Shown: positions 42,922 through 53,962, counted from the stretch's first letter. The stretch: DNA of 64,000 nt from an uncultured Chloroflexia bacterium (GCA_963774265.1 CAVZDU010000008.1:290074-354073), one strand, 5' to 3'. The notes: generated by a model not told the origin, from the letters alone. Program-made: numbers and translations.

Positions 42922-44414
42922 CGCGACGAGTTGTTGTCATCGGGGCCGGGATCGGCGGCCTCAGCGCGGCCGCCCTCCTGGCTAAGGCCGGGCTGGACGT
43001 CACGGTCCTCGAAGCGCACGTGTACGCGGGCGGCTGCGCGGGCACGTATCTCCACGGCGGCTACCGGTTCGACGCAGGTGCAACCCTGGCCGCGGGCTTT
43101 GAGCCGGACGGTGGAATGACGCGCCTCGGCGATGCGCTGGGGATCTCGTGGCCTGTCGAGCCGGCCGGGACCGCGATGCGCGTCCACCTGCCCGATGGGC
43201 AGACAGTCACGCGCTGGACGGAACCCGGTGCCTGGCGGGAGGAGCGACTGGCTGCCTTTGGCCGTGCAGCCGAACCCTTCTGGCGCTGGCAGGAGCAGAC
43301 TGCCGACCGGCTGTGGGACGTGGCGTTGCGTGGCGTGCCGTGGCCGCCGCAGGGCGCACGAGATGTCCTCACGCTGGGCTCCGCCGGCCTCTCGTTGGCC
43401 GCGGCCGCTCCTCTTCAACTGCCGCGCCTCGGCCTGGATATGCTCCGTCCCGTTGCCGCACACCTGCGGGGCGCATCACCCACCCTTCGCCTGTATGTCG
43501 ATGGTCAGCTCCTGATCGCGGCGCAGGCGACGTCTGAAGGGGCAAACGCGCTCTACGGCGCAGCCGCCCTGGACATGCCCCGTCGAGGCGTGGGCCACGT
43601 GCGCGGTGGTGTAGGAAAAATCGCGGAATCGCTGGCCGACGCGGTCCGCCGGCATGGCGGCCAGGTTCACTACCGGCAACGTGTGACTTCAGTCGAGCGC
43701 ATTGCGAGCGGCAGCTATCGGATCTCCATACAACGCAACGGCGAGTTTGTAGGTGACGCCGTGTTGTTCAACCTACCGCCCTGGGACGCAGCCCGCTTGC
43801 TAGGGGAGGCCGCACCGAAGTCTTTGCGCGGGGCAAAGCCGCCAGCAGACGGCTGGGGCGCGTTCATGGTTTACATGGGGTTGGACGGCGCAGGGCTGCC
43901 CCCTGGCGCGCCGCTCCATCACCAGGTGCTTCTGCGCGAGCCGCTGGGTGAGGGCAACAGCATCTTCTTGTCGTTAAGCCTTCCAGGCGATGAGACGCGC
44001 GCACCCGCGGGCCACCGCGCGTTGACCATCAGCACACACACCGACCTGCGCCCGTGGTGGAACCTGTTTGAGGTTGACCGCCCCGCTTACGAAGCCCGGA
44101 AGGCCGAGTACACGGAGCAGGTGCTGGCGGCAGCCGAAGTCGCTCTGCCCGGCCTGGGCAAGGCCGCCAGGCTCGTGCTGCCCGGCACGCCGGTCACGTT
44201 CCAGCGCTATACCGGCCGTAGTTACGGCTGGGTCGGCGGCTTCCCCAAAACCTCCCTGTTTCGCGCGTGGGGGCCGCGGCTGGGCCCGGGCCTGTGGCTG
44301 GTGGGCGACAGCATCTTCCCCGGCCAGTCGGTGCTGGCCACCGCGCTGGGCGGTGCTCGGGTGGCCGGCGGCGTGCAGAGTGCGCTCTCCCTGCGGCCTC
44401 TCATGGTAGAATAG
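42918..44414 (+). CDS. crtD: Carotenoid desaturase, CrtD-like (C-3',4')
   Basis: [49 protein letters not shown]. Confidence 0.7.
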   Translation: MTRRVVVIGAGIGGLSAAALLAKAGLDVTVLEAHVYAGGCAGTYLHGGYRFDAGATLAAGFEPDGGMTRLGDALGISWPVEPAGTAMRVHLPDGQTVTRWTEPGAWREERLAAFGRAAEPFWRWQEQTADRLWDVALRGVPWPPQGARDVLTLGSAGLSLAAAAPLQLPRLGLDMLRPVAAHLRGASPTLRLYVDGQLLIAAQATSEGANALYGAAALDMPRRGVGHVRGGVGKIAESLADAVRRHGGQVHYRQRVTSVERIASGSYRISIQRNGEFVGDAVLFNLPPWDAARLLGEAAPKSLRGAKPPADGWGAFMVYMGLDGAGLPPGAPLHHQVLLREPLGEGNSIFLSLSLPGDETRAPAGHRALTISTHTDLRPWWNLFEVDRPAYEARKAEYTEQVLAAAEVALPGLGKAARLVLPGTPVTFQRYTGRSYGWVGGFPKTSLFRAWGPRLGPGLWLVGDSIFPGQSVLATALGGARVAGGVQSALSLRPLMVE

Positions 44415-44440
44415 GGCCTGACTTTACGGGGAGGTGATCT

Positions 44441-45382
44441 ATGAAGGTTGGTGTTGTCGGGGCTGGGTTGGTCGGGAGCACTGCCGCCTACGCGATGGTG
44501 ATGAATGGTGTGGGCCGCGAGATCGTAATGGTTGATGTGAGCCGCGAACGAGCGCAGGCCCAGGCAGATGACATCTCGCACGCCATCCCCTTTGCCCACC
44601 CGCTGGACATCTACGCGGGCGACTATAAGAACTTAGCGGGCAGCCACGCCGTGGTCATTGCCGCGGGTGTCAACCGCCAGCCGGACGAGACGCGGCTGCA
44701 ACTGCTTCAACGCAACTCCGCCATCTTCCGCCAGGTTGTGCCTCAGGTGTTGGAGCATGCCTCCGATGCCGTGCTGGTCATCGCCACAAACCCGGTCGAT
44801 GTGACCACCCACCTGACCGCCAGGCTCGCGGCCGAGGCGGGCGTGTCGTCAACCCGGATCATCGGCTCGGGGACTACGCTGGACACAGCACGCTTTCGCG
44901 CGCTGTTGAGTGACCACCTCGGCGTCGACCCGCATCACGTGCACGGCTACGTGGTCGGCGAGCACGGCGACTCGCAGGTGCTCACCTGGTCGCAGGTCAC
45001 AATTGGTGGCGTCCACCTGTCTGAATACCACGAAGTGCGCGGCATCCCCATCAGTCAGGAGATTCAGACCGACATCGACAAACGCGTTCGGTTTGCAGGC
45101 CGCTCGATCATTGCTGGAAAAGGTGCGACATACTACGGTATCGGTAGCGCTTTGGCGCGTATCGTGGACGTCATTCTGAACGATCAGCGCGCGATCATGA
45201 CGGTATGTACGCCGCAGGGTGATGTGGCGGGGGTGAAGGACGTGACCGTCTCCCTTCCCCACCTCATCGGAGGCCAGGGCGTCATTGCGACACTGCCGAT
45301 TGCATTGGACCCCGAGGAGACATCCGCGCTGCAAGCGAGCGCTCAGACCGTCCGGGAAGCGATCGTCAGCCTTGACTCGTAG
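44441..45382 (+). CDS. ldh: L-lactate dehydrogenase
   Basis: [40 protein letters not shown]. Confidence 0.92.
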   Translation: MKVGVVGAGLVGSTAAYAMVMNGVGREIVMVDVSRERAQAQADDISHAIPFAHPLDIYAGDYKNLAGSHAVVIAAGVNRQPDETRLQLLQRNSAIFRQVVPQVLEHASDAVLVIATNPVDVTTHLTARLAAEAGVSSTRIIGSGTTLDTARFRALLSDHLGVDPHHVHGYVVGEHGDSQVLTWSQVTIGGVHLSEYHEVRGIPISQEIQTDIDKRVRFAGRSIIAGKGATYYGIGSALARIVDVILNDQRAIMTVCTPQGDVAGVKDVTVSLPHLIGGQGVIATLPIALDPEETSALQASAQTVREAIVSLDS

Positions 45383-45427
45383 GATGAGCGCATTGGTGGT
45401 TCATAGCGACTTTGTGTTGAGGCTGTA

Positions 45428-46243
45428 TTGACCTACTTTGGCTTCCTGATACGTTTCATCGGCGTGCCCCTGCTGATCCTGGCGGCGTTGACCGAGTGGG
45501 ACAAGACGCGCGGACGTCGCGTCCGTCCCGGGCTTGGCAGCATGCCCGGCTGGTTCATGGTGGCGGCCCACATCATCGCCGCCGTCGTCTGGACCACCCC
45601 TTGGGACAACTATTTGGTCGCCACCGGCGTCTGGTTCTACGATCCGGCACTTGTGACCGGCATCACGCTGGGCTGGGTGCCCATCGAGGAATACACCTTC
45701 TTCGTCGTGCTGACGCTGCTCACCGGGCTGTGGGTGCTCTGGCTGGCCCGTCATCTGCCGTCCGCGCCGCAGCCAGTCCCCCAACGTCCGCGGCTGCGGC
45801 TCATCGCGGCCGCGGTCATGTGCGTCATCTGGCTGTCAGCAGTGATACTCTTCTTCACTCGTTGGAAGCCTGGCACGTATCTGGCACTCGAAGTCGGGTG
45901 GTTGCTCTTCCCCGTGATCCCGCAGATGCTGCTCGGCGCAGACGCGCTATGGCATCACCGCAGGCTGGTCCTGCTCGGCCTGCTTCCTCCATGGCTCTAC
46001 CTGTCCGCAACCGATGCTCTGGCCATCGGTTCGGGCACATGGACCATCGACCCGGCCCAGACCACGGGCATACTCGTTGGCGGTGTGCTGCCGGCTGAGG
46101 AAATCCTGTTCTTCTTGCTCACCAACATGCTGATCGTGTTCGGCATGGTGTTGTTCATCGGTACAGACAACGCGGCGGTGAGACGGTTCGCCCGCCGAAT
46201 CTTACAACACACACCTCCAGCGACAGAAGGAAGTGCTTCTTGA
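45428..46243 (+). CDS. Membrane lycopene cyclase (fused CrtYc/CrtYd-type)
   Basis: Two repeats: TPWDNYLV...PIEEYTFF and DALAI..GTW...PAEEILFF. Confidence 0.85.
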   Translation: MTYFGFLIRFIGVPLLILAALTEWDKTRGRRVRPGLGSMPGWFMVAAHIIAAVVWTTPWDNYLVATGVWFYDPALVTGITLGWVPIEEYTFFVVLTLLTGLWVLWLARHLPSAPQPVPQRPRLRLIAAAVMCVIWLSAVILFFTRWKPGTYLALEVGWLLFPVIPQMLLGADALWHHRRLVLLGLLPPWLYLSATDALAIGSGTWTIDPAQTTGILVGGVLPAEEILFFLLTNMLIVFGMVLFIGTDNAAVRRFARRILQHTPPATEGSAS

Positions 46244-47541
46244 AGAACAAACGGCTGCTCAACATTTTCCTGGTCGTCTTCATCGACTTGCTCGGCTTCG
46301 GCTTGATCCTCCCGCTCCTGCCGTTCTATGCAGGCGAATACGGCGCCAGCGACTTCGTCGTGGGCCTGCTTGCCGCCGCCTACGCCCTGGCGCAGTTCTT
46401 CGGCGCGCCGTTCCTCGGCCGCCTCTCAGACCGCTTCGGCCGGCGCCCCGTGCTGATGATCAGCATCGCGGGGACCGCGCTGAGCTTCCTGCTCCTGGGC
46501 CTGGCCGATCCCCTCGGACGCTGGCTGGCCGGCTTGCCCCTGGCCAATTCCTCGAGTGAGCAACTCGCCGCGCTCACCAATGCCACCGTGATTGGGGTGA
46601 TGTTCATTTCGCGCATGATCGGTGGCCTCGCGGGCGGCAACATCACCGTCGCACAAGCCTACATCACCGATGTCACCGATGCGCAGAACCGCGCCAAAGG
46701 GCTGGGCATGATCGGTGCAGCGTTCGGTTTGGGCTTCATCCTCGGCCCCGCAACCGGCGGCCTCCTAAGCCGGTTCGGCTATGCCGTGCCCGCCTTCGCC
46801 GCGGCCGGACTGGCGGCGCTAAACCTGATCGGGGTCTATTTCACCCTGCCGGAGTCCCTGACGACTGAAGCCCGCGCGGCGATGGTGGGCCAACGGAGGG
46901 CACTCATCAGTCTCCCAGCCATGTGGGAAGCTCTCTCTACCCCGCGGGTCGGCCCTCTTCTCAATATTCGTTTATCCTTTGCGCTGGCCGCGGCCCTCCT
47001 GCAGACCATGTTCACACTGTGGGCCAAGGACAGGCTCAGCTTGGATGCGCAGGCGACGTCCTTGCTGTTGGCCTATCTCGGGGTGCTCTCCGTCATCGTC
47101 CAGGGCGGTCTTATCGGCCCCTTGACAAAGCACTTCAGCGAAGCGAAGCTGATCGTCTGGGGCACGCTCGTGTACGGGCTTGCGATGTTGGCGTGGGCCT
47201 TCACCCCCAGCGTGCCGGTGCTGCTGGTTGTCATGGTTCCCATGGCATTCTCCTCCGGCGTGTTGAACACCGTCATCAACTCCGCCATCACGCGCGTCGT
47301 GTCGCCCCAGGAGATCGGTGGCGCTCTGGGCATCGCCAGTTCGCTTGAAAGCCTCTCCCGCGTCATCTCGCCCGCGGTCGGTGGGTGGCTGCTCGGCTCG
47401 GTGGGCTTGTGGGCGCCCGGGCTGGCCGGCGCCATCATCATGGCCTGGGTCGTCGCGTTTAGCTGGCGCCGGCTGATCGTCCGGCCGGACCCCGCCCTGG
47501 TGGAGCTGGCAACTGAAATGGTGGATACATCGCCCCTGTGA
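46240..47541 (+). CDS. MFS transporter (TetA/DHA1-like)
   Basis: DLLGFGLILPLLP, GRLSDRFGRRP, GAAFGLGFILGP. Confidence 0.9.
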   Translation: MKNKRLLNIFLVVFIDLLGFGLILPLLPFYAGEYGASDFVVGLLAAAYALAQFFGAPFLGRLSDRFGRRPVLMISIAGTALSFLLLGLADPLGRWLAGLPLANSSSEQLAALTNATVIGVMFISRMIGGLAGGNITVAQAYITDVTDAQNRAKGLGMIGAAFGLGFILGPATGGLLSRFGYAVPAFAAAGLAALNLIGVYFTLPESLTTEARAAMVGQRRALISLPAMWEALSTPRVGPLLNIRLSFALAAALLQTMFTLWAKDRLSLDAQATSLLLAYLGVLSVIVQGGLIGPLTKHFSEAKLIVWGTLVYGLAMLAWAFTPSVPVLLVVMVPMAFSSGVLNTVINSAITRVVSPQEIGGALGIASSLESLSRVISPAVGGWLLGSVGLWAPGLAGAIIMAWVVAFSWRRLIVRPDPALVELATEMVDTSPL

Positions 47542-47578
47542 CAGTCCTGGCCACCATGAGAAGGAGAAGGAGTTTCCC

Positions 47579-49263
47579 ATGACCGAAACCCAGCAGGTCA
47601 TCTACTCCATGGTCCGCGTCGGCCGCGTGCACCCGCCCAACAGACAGGTGCTGCGCGACATCTCGCTCGGCTTCTACTACGGCGCCAAGATCGGCGTGCT
47701 GGGCCTGAACGGCGCGGGCAAGAGCACTCTGCTGCGCATCATGGCCGGGGTGGACGAGGATTACCTGGGCGAAACGATGCTCTCGAAGGGCTACACCCGC
47801 GGCCTGCTGGAGCAGGAGCCGGAGCTCGATCCCAACAAGACCGTGCGCCAGGTCGTCGAGGAGGCCGTGCAGCCGATCGTGGATCTGCTGCGCCGAGTAT
47901 CGATGAGGTCAGCGACGCAGTTCGGCGAGCCGGACGCTGACTTCGACACGCTGATCGAGAAGCAGGGCCGGCTGCAGGAAGAGCTGGACAAGCACGACGC
48001 CTGGAACCTCGACAACCGCCTGGAACAGGCGATGGATGCGCTGCGCTGCCCGCCCGGCGACACGCCCGTCGCGGTGCTTTCCGGCGGCGAGCGGCGGCGC
48101 GTCGCGCTGTGCCGCCTGCTGCTCACCGAGCCGGACATCCTGCTGCTGGACGAGCCGACGAACCATCTGGACGCGGAGTCGGTCGCGTGGCTGGAGAAGC
48201 ACCTCCAGAGCTACGCAGGGCACGGTCATCGCGGTCACCCACGACCGCTATTTCCTCGACAACGTGGCCGAGTGGATCCTGGAGCTGGATCGCGGCTACG
48301 GCATCCCCTGGCGCGGCAACTACTCGTCGTGGCTGGAGCAGAAGCAGGAACGGCTGCGCGAAGGAAGAAGCGCCGACACCAAGCGCATCCACACGCTGGA
48401 GCGCGAGCTGGAATGGATCCGCATGTCGCCCCGGGCACGGCAGGCCAAGGGCAAGGCGCGCGTCACCGCCTACGAGAAGCTGCTGAGCCAGGAAACCGAG
48501 CAGCGCCGTGAGGAGATGCAGATCTACATCCCGCCCGGCCCACGGCTGGGCGACGTAGTGATCGACTTCGAAGGCGTGACGCAAGGCCTACGGCGACCGC
48601 CTGCTGTTCGAGGATCTCAGCTTTCCAGATGCCGCCCGGCGCGATCGTCGGCGTGATCGGACCCAACGGCGCGGGCAAGACGACCCTGCTGCGGCTGATC
48701 ACGGGGCAGGAGCAGCCCACCGGCGGATCTGTCAGAATCGGCCAGACGGTGGAGCTGGGCTACGTCGATCAGAGCCGCGATACGCTGGACTGCCGACAAG
48801 ACCGTCTGGCAGGAGATTTCGGGCGGCGAGGAGACGATTGACGCTGGGCAGCCGCAAGATGAACAGCCGCGCCTACGTGGCCGGTTTCAACTTCCTCGGC
48901 TCGGACCAGCAGAAGCACGTGGGCGACCTGTCGGGCGGCGAGCGCAACCGCGTCCACCTGGCGAAGGTGCTGAAGGAGGGCGCCAACGTCCTGCTGCTCG
49001 ACGAGCCGACCAACGATCTCGACGTGAACACCCTGCGCGCGCTGGAAGAGGCGCTGGACGACTTCGCCGGCAGCGCCATCGTCGTCAGCCACGACCGCTG
49101 GTTCCTCGACCGCATCTGCACGCACATCCTGGCGTTCGAGGAAGACGGCAGCGTGAGCTGGTTCGTCGGCAACTGCGCGGACTACGAAGCGGATCGCCGC
49201 AAGCGCCTCGGCATCGCCGCTGAGACGCCGCACCGGCTGGTGCATCGGCGCCTAATGGGCTAA
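47579..49263 (+). CDS. ettA: ABC-F translation factor EttA (several frameshifts, probably sequencing errors)
   Basis: [76 protein letters not shown] across four ORF pieces. Confidence 0.9.
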
Positions 49264-49283
49264 AGGATAGCTTCATTAATCTT

Positions 49284-49323
49284 TAGACACTCTCTTGACA
49301 AACATTAGAAATCGTGGTAAACT
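49284..49323 (+). promoter_or_regulatory. Promoter of carotenoid operon 2 with CarH/LitR-like repeats
   Basis: TTGACA (49295) - 17 nt - TAAACT (49318). TAGACA, TTGACA and TAGAAA occur at 11-bp spacing. Confidence 0.7.
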
Positions 49324-49331
49324 GGCCATAA

Positions 49332-50366
49332 ATGGTTGGGGAGCGACGAGTGCAAAACCTGCGTAACATATGGCGGCCTGAGGCGTATCACGGCTTCGGC
49401 AAGCGTCCACCGTTCTTCGAAGGCTGGTACTTCAAGATGGTCGACGCGACCGAACAGCACCGGTACGCTGTCATCCCAGGCGTCTTCATCGGCCGAGAGC
49501 CGGGATCATCGCACTCCTTTGTCCAGACCCTGGATGGCGCGACAGGACACAGTACGTACCATCGCTATCCGTTCGAGGCCTTTGTTGCGGCGCGAGACAA
49601 GCTCGATATCCGCGTCGGGCCCAACCATTTCTGCCGCGACGCAATCAGCCTCGACATTGGGAATCATCCCGCAGGGGTCAGCAGCCCCAAACAGACGATA
49701 CAAGGCGAACTCCACTTCGTCGGTGGTCACCCGTGGCCCGTAACGCTCACCTCGCCCGGGATCATGGGCTGGTATGCGCTGGTCCCATTCATGGAATGCT
49801 ATCACGGGGTGCTCAGCTTCGACCACACCATTTGGGGCCAGCTCGTGGTGAACGGCAAAGCACTTGACTTCTCCGGCGGCCGCGGTTACATCGAGAAGGA
49901 CTGGGGCCAATCGTTTCCGAAAGCGTGGATCTGGATGCAGAGCAACCACTTCGCGACCCCAGGGACATCGGTCACCGCTTCGGTGGCCGTCATTCCCTGG
50001 CTCCGGGGAGCATTCAATGGCTTCATCGCCGGGCTGTGGCATGCAGGCCGTCTATATCGTTTCGCGACCTACACGGGGGCACGACTCGAACGCCAGGACA
50101 TCACCGACCACACCGTGACACTGCACTATGTCGACAGAGGCGCCAGGGGCTATCGACTGGAGATCGTCGCAACGCGCGCCCACGGCGGCCTGTTACACTC
50201 ACCCGAGCGTGTTGCCATGCTCCAGCGCGTAATGGAAAGCTTGACGGCTTCGATCCAGGTCAGGCTGGTGGAAATCAGCTCGGGACGGGTGTTGTTTGCG
50301 GATACAGGCCGGCATGCGGGCCTGGAAGTGGTCGGCGATTTGCCCGGCCTGGGGGCGATCGCATGA
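49332..50366 (+). CDS. Tocopherol cyclase-family protein
   Basis: FFEGWYFK, IMGWYALVPFMECYHGVLS, GRGYIEKDWGQSFPKAWIWMQSNHF. Confidence 0.85.
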   Translation: MVGERRVQNLRNIWRPEAYHGFGKRPPFFEGWYFKMVDATEQHRYAVIPGVFIGREPGSSHSFVQTLDGATGHSTYHRYPFEAFVAARDKLDIRVGPNHFCRDAISLDIGNHPAGVSSPKQTIQGELHFVGGHPWPVTLTSPGIMGWYALVPFMECYHGVLSFDHTIWGQLVVNGKALDFSGGRGYIEKDWGQSFPKAWIWMQSNHFATPGTSVTASVAVIPWLRGAFNGFIAGLWHAGRLYRFATYTGARLERQDITDHTVTLHYVDRGARGYRLEIVATRAHGGLLHSPERVAMLQRVMESLTASIQVRLVEISSGRVLFADTGRHAGLEVVGDLPGLGAIA

Positions 50367-50585
50367 CGGAGACAGCCTGGCATGGCAGCGCCTCCGCGTG
50401 CGCTACGCGTTGGGCGCGGCGCTGATTGTTGCATCCGCCGCGACCATCACTGCAAGCCGCTTTGCCTTCGGCTGGCAAGTGCAAGACACGTCTTCCGGTC
50501 CCAATGTCATATCCGGAGGGGCCGCGTGATGATCCACGATTTTCAGGCATTACTGACGACTCGGTCGTCCCTGAGGTAGGCGACG

Positions 50586-51395
50586 GTGAATATGTCCCTG
50601 GTTTTGATGTGGCGCAATTATCTCTCATCATCCGACTGGCGCGACGGCACACGCATCCTCCTCTTCGCCTGGGTTACCTGCATGATCCCCATGCCCATCA
50701 TCCAGTGGATCACCGGCGATGACGGACTGACCGTCGGCATTGTCCTGTCGGTTCTCGTGCAAGGCGCACTGGCCGGCCTCTTCTTAAGCCAGGCAGCAGG
50801 ATGGCCGCGGACGGCGGCGATCGTGGCGACCGTGGCCGTCGTCGCCTGGGCTTCCGAGACCATCGGCGCGAGGACCGGCATCCCCTTTGGCGCCTACCAC
50901 TATACCGGCCGGCTGCAGCCGCAACTGCTCGGCGTCCCCTGGCTCATACCGTTGGCCTGGCTGATGATGTTGCCGCCCGCGTGGGCCGTGGCTCAGCGCA
51001 TCACGGGCCGGGTCGACGGGCTGCCTTTCGTCGCAGTCAGCGCGCTGGCTTTTACAGCATGGGATCTGTTCCTGGATCCGCAGATGGTCCACTGGGGCTT
51101 GTGGGTGTGGGATCAGCCAGGTCTATACTTCGGCATCCCGTTGGTCAACTATGCGGGTTGGTTGTGTGTCTCAGCGTTGATCACCCTGCTTGTTCGTCCG
51201 CCGGCGCTGCCCACGCGGCCGCTTCTCGTCATCTATTCGCTCACTTGGCTAATCGAGACCGTGGGCCTGATCCTCTTCTGGGGCCTTTACGGCCCTGCTG
51301 CAGCCGGCTTCATCGGCATGGGGTTGTTTGTCCTGTTAGGATGGCGGTTCCGCCCGCAGGTGCGAAAATACAAAACGGATCGGGAGCTATCATGA
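50586..51395 (+). CDS. cruF: Carotenoid 1,2-hydratase CruF-like membrane protein
   Basis: ETIGARTGIPFGAYHY, GVPWLIPLAW, WDLFLDP, WGLWVW, FGIPLVNYAGW. Confidence 0.82.
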   Translation: MNMSLVLMWRNYLSSSDWRDGTRILLFAWVTCMIPMPIIQWITGDDGLTVGIVLSVLVQGALAGLFLSQAAGWPRTAAIVATVAVVAWASETIGARTGIPFGAYHYTGRLQPQLLGVPWLIPLAWLMMLPPAWAVAQRITGRVDGLPFVAVSALAFTAWDLFLDPQMVHWGLWVWDQPGLYFGIPLVNYAGWLCVSALITLLVRPPALPTRPLLVIYSLTWLIETVGLILFWGLYGPAAAGFIGMGLFVLLGWRFRPQVRKYKTDRELS

Positions 51396-52876
51396 AGTCG
51401 GTCATCATTGTCGGCGCAGGCATGGGCGGGCTCGCCGCTGCGTTGCGTCTGCGGCACATTGGCCTCGATGTCACCGTGATCGAGAAGCTAGAGCGGCCTG
51501 GCGGGCGCTCCAATGTGCTCCAGGAGCACGGCTTCCGCGTGGACATCGGCCCCACGATCCTCGTGATGAAGGACACGTTCGAGGAAACCTACCGCGCCAT
51601 CGGCCAGGACCTGAACCAGCGCATCCAGTTCAAGGCGCTCGACCCGAACTACCGAATCTACTACCACGACGGCACGCATATCGACCTTTATAACGGTATG
51701 GCCAAGCTGTCGGCCGAGGTCGAGAAGGTCGAACCCGGCGTTACCGAGCGGCTGTTCCGCTTCATCGGCGAGAGCGCAAAGAAGTACGAGCTTGGCATGG
51801 ACTTCGTCGCGCGCAACTACGATCATATTACCGATCTGGCGAACCCGATGGCCGGCGTACGCCTGGTGCAGACCAGCGCGTACCAGAACCTCTACGGCCA
51901 GGTGGGCAAATTCTTCAAGACGGATAAGCTGCGCAAGGCTTTCTCATTCCACTCCATGTTCTTGGGTCTGTCGCCTTTCGACTCGCTGGCCATGTACAGC
52001 CTGATCACCTATGCGGACCTGGTCGAAGGCATGCACTACCCCATGGGCGGCATCTACAGCATCATCGAGGACATGGTGGCGCTGTGTCGCGAAATGGGCG
52101 TGACCCTGCGCACAGGCACTGCAGTTAAGGAGATCAAGGTCGAGGGCGGCCGCGCGACGGGCGTCCTGCTGGAGTCTGGCGAGTTCGTCGGGGCCGACAT
52201 CGTCGTTTCCAACGCTGATCTGGTCTACACCTACAAAAGGCTGCTCCGCCCCGAATTTCGCAAGGTCTACACCGACGCGAAGCTGGACCGCATGAACTAC
52301 GCCTGCTCCGGCTATCTGCTCTTCCTCGGCGTCGATCGCCAATACGAGCACATGCGCCACCAGGCGCTCTACTTCTCGGAGGACTACCGCGCCAACCTGG
52401 ATGCCATCTTCCGTACGAAAACCATCCCGGCCGATCCGTCGTTCCACCTGAACAACCCGTCGGTGACCGACCCATCGCTGGCACCCCCGGGCCACAGCGT
52501 CCTCTATCTGCTCGCACCCATGCCCAACCTCCAGGGACACAACGATTGGAATGCTGCCGTTCCCGGCATCCGCGAGAAGCTCTTCCGCCAACTCGAGCGC
52601 ATCGTCGACCCGGAGATCCGCAAGCACGTGGTGTGGGAGCGCGAGTATCGGCCCACGGATTGGGAGCGCGACATCAACGCACCCTATGGCGTCGCGTTCG
52701 GCTCGCTATCGCAGAAATTCTTCCAGTCGTCCTATTTCCGGCCGCACAACAAGGCGCGCGATATCGCGGGGTTGTACTTCGTCGGCCAGGCGACTTATCC
52801 TGGCATCGGTATGCCGATGGTCCTCCTATCCGCCAGGCTGCTGGAAGAGCGTCTGGCGAAAGATTACCGGTTGTAG
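51392..52876 (+). CDS. crtI: Phytoene desaturase
   Basis: IVGAGMGGLAAA, DIGPT, YPMGG, VSNAD, FRPHN, LYFVGQATYPGIGMPMV. Confidence 0.88.
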   Translation: MKSVIIVGAGMGGLAAALRLRHIGLDVTVIEKLERPGGRSNVLQEHGFRVDIGPTILVMKDTFEETYRAIGQDLNQRIQFKALDPNYRIYYHDGTHIDLYNGMAKLSAEVEKVEPGVTERLFRFIGESAKKYELGMDFVARNYDHITDLANPMAGVRLVQTSAYQNLYGQVGKFFKTDKLRKAFSFHSMFLGLSPFDSLAMYSLITYADLVEGMHYPMGGIYSIIEDMVALCREMGVTLRTGTAVKEIKVEGGRATGVLLESGEFVGADIVVSNADLVYTYKRLLRPEFRKVYTDAKLDRMNYACSGYLLFLGVDRQYEHMRHQALYFSEDYRANLDAIFRTKTIPADPSFHLNNPSVTDPSLAPPGHSVLYLLAPMPNLQGHNDWNAAVPGIREKLFRQLERIVDPEIRKHVVWEREYRPTDWERDINAPYGVAFGSLSQKFFQSSYFRPHNKARDIAGLYFVGQATYPGIGMPMVLLSARLLEERLAKDYRL

Positions 52877-52892
52877 CCCAGAGAGGTTTATT

Positions 52893-53822
52893 ATGGTCGC
52901 CATGACACGCTCCGCCATCGCCACCCCGGAAGACTACGCCGAATGCCGGTGGTTGATGCACGCCGCCAGCAGAAACTACTCGTTTGCCAGCCGCTTCCTG
53001 CCCCAACGCATCCTCCCACACGTCGAGGCGCTCTATGCGCTGATGCGCGTGGGTGACGACAGGGTGGACGTGTCGTTCCAGGGCTTCACGTCACCGCTCG
53101 CGGCCATCGATGACTGGGAACACACGTACTGGCATGCGTTTCAGACCGGCGGCAGCGATCACCCGGTGATGCGCGCCTACCTCGACACGGCCCTACGTTG
53201 CGGCATCCCGTCCGAGGTCATGGTGCCCTACTTCCGCGCGATGCGGGACGATCTCACCGTCACGCGCTTTCCAACCTTCGCGGACCTGCTCCACTACATG
53301 GACGGCAGCGCGCTCCCCGTCGGCCGGGCCATGACCTATATCATCGGCATCCTGCCACCGCACACAATCGCGAATACGCTGCCCTACGCCGATAGCCTCT
53401 CTATCGCCATGCAGCTCAGCAACTTCTGGCGCGACATAGGCCACGACTACCGCATCGGCCGCGTCTACTTACCCGGGGAAGACCTGGCGCGCTTTGGCGT
53501 CAGCGAGGACGATCTCGCACAAAGTCGCATCACCCCAGAGTTCATCGCCCTGCTGGAATTCGAATTTGGCCGCGCCGAAGCGTATTACCGCCACGCCAGG
53601 CAGGGCGTGCCCCGCCTGGCTGCCGGCCGCCTGGGAGTCATGGCCTCACTGGAGGTATACCGAGCCATCCACGCGGACATCCGGCACAATGGCTACGACG
53701 TCTTCACCCGTCGCGCCACCACCACCCGCGCGCGGAAGCTGGCCCTTGCGCTGGCCTCGCAGTGGCGCCTGGCAGCCGCGAGGCGGGAGATTGGACGCAT
53801 CACCGCACCTTCCACCACGTGA
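52893..53822 (+). CDS. crtB: Phytoene synthase
   Basis: ALYALMRVGDDRVD, DLLHYM, MQLSNFWRDIGHD, GRVYLP. Confidence 0.9.
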   Translation: MVAMTRSAIATPEDYAECRWLMHAASRNYSFASRFLPQRILPHVEALYALMRVGDDRVDVSFQGFTSPLAAIDDWEHTYWHAFQTGGSDHPVMRAYLDTALRCGIPSEVMVPYFRAMRDDLTVTRFPTFADLLHYMDGSALPVGRAMTYIIGILPPHTIANTLPYADSLSIAMQLSNFWRDIGHDYRIGRVYLPGEDLARFGVSEDDLAQSRITPEFIALLEFEFGRAEAYYRHARQGVPRLAAGRLGVMASLEVYRAIHADIRHNGYDVFTRRATTTRARKLALALASQWRLAAARREIGRITAPSTT

Positions 53823-53962
53823 GCCCACGGTCGGATCGCCGAAAACGAAGCCCCCAGGGGTGATCGGGGGCCTCGCTTTAAGGATAGAGCAAGATCCACA
53901 TCACAAGACCGTCGATCTTTTCGAAATCTCGACCGGTCTGAGTGTGGCTGTCGGCGAAGCCG

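Noticed and set aside
47579-49263. Programmed frameshifting or pseudogenisation of ettA (also parC, cfa, the kinase, GT genes)
   Set aside because: Indels are scattered over many unrelated conserved genes without slippery sites or accumulated stops. Sequencing/consensus error is the simpler explanation; check with short reads.
50801-51391. N-terminal extension of crtI in the ORF track (691 aa)
   Set aside because: It overlaps cruF in another frame. The real start is ATG 51392, with an RBS and the FAD-binding motif immediately after.
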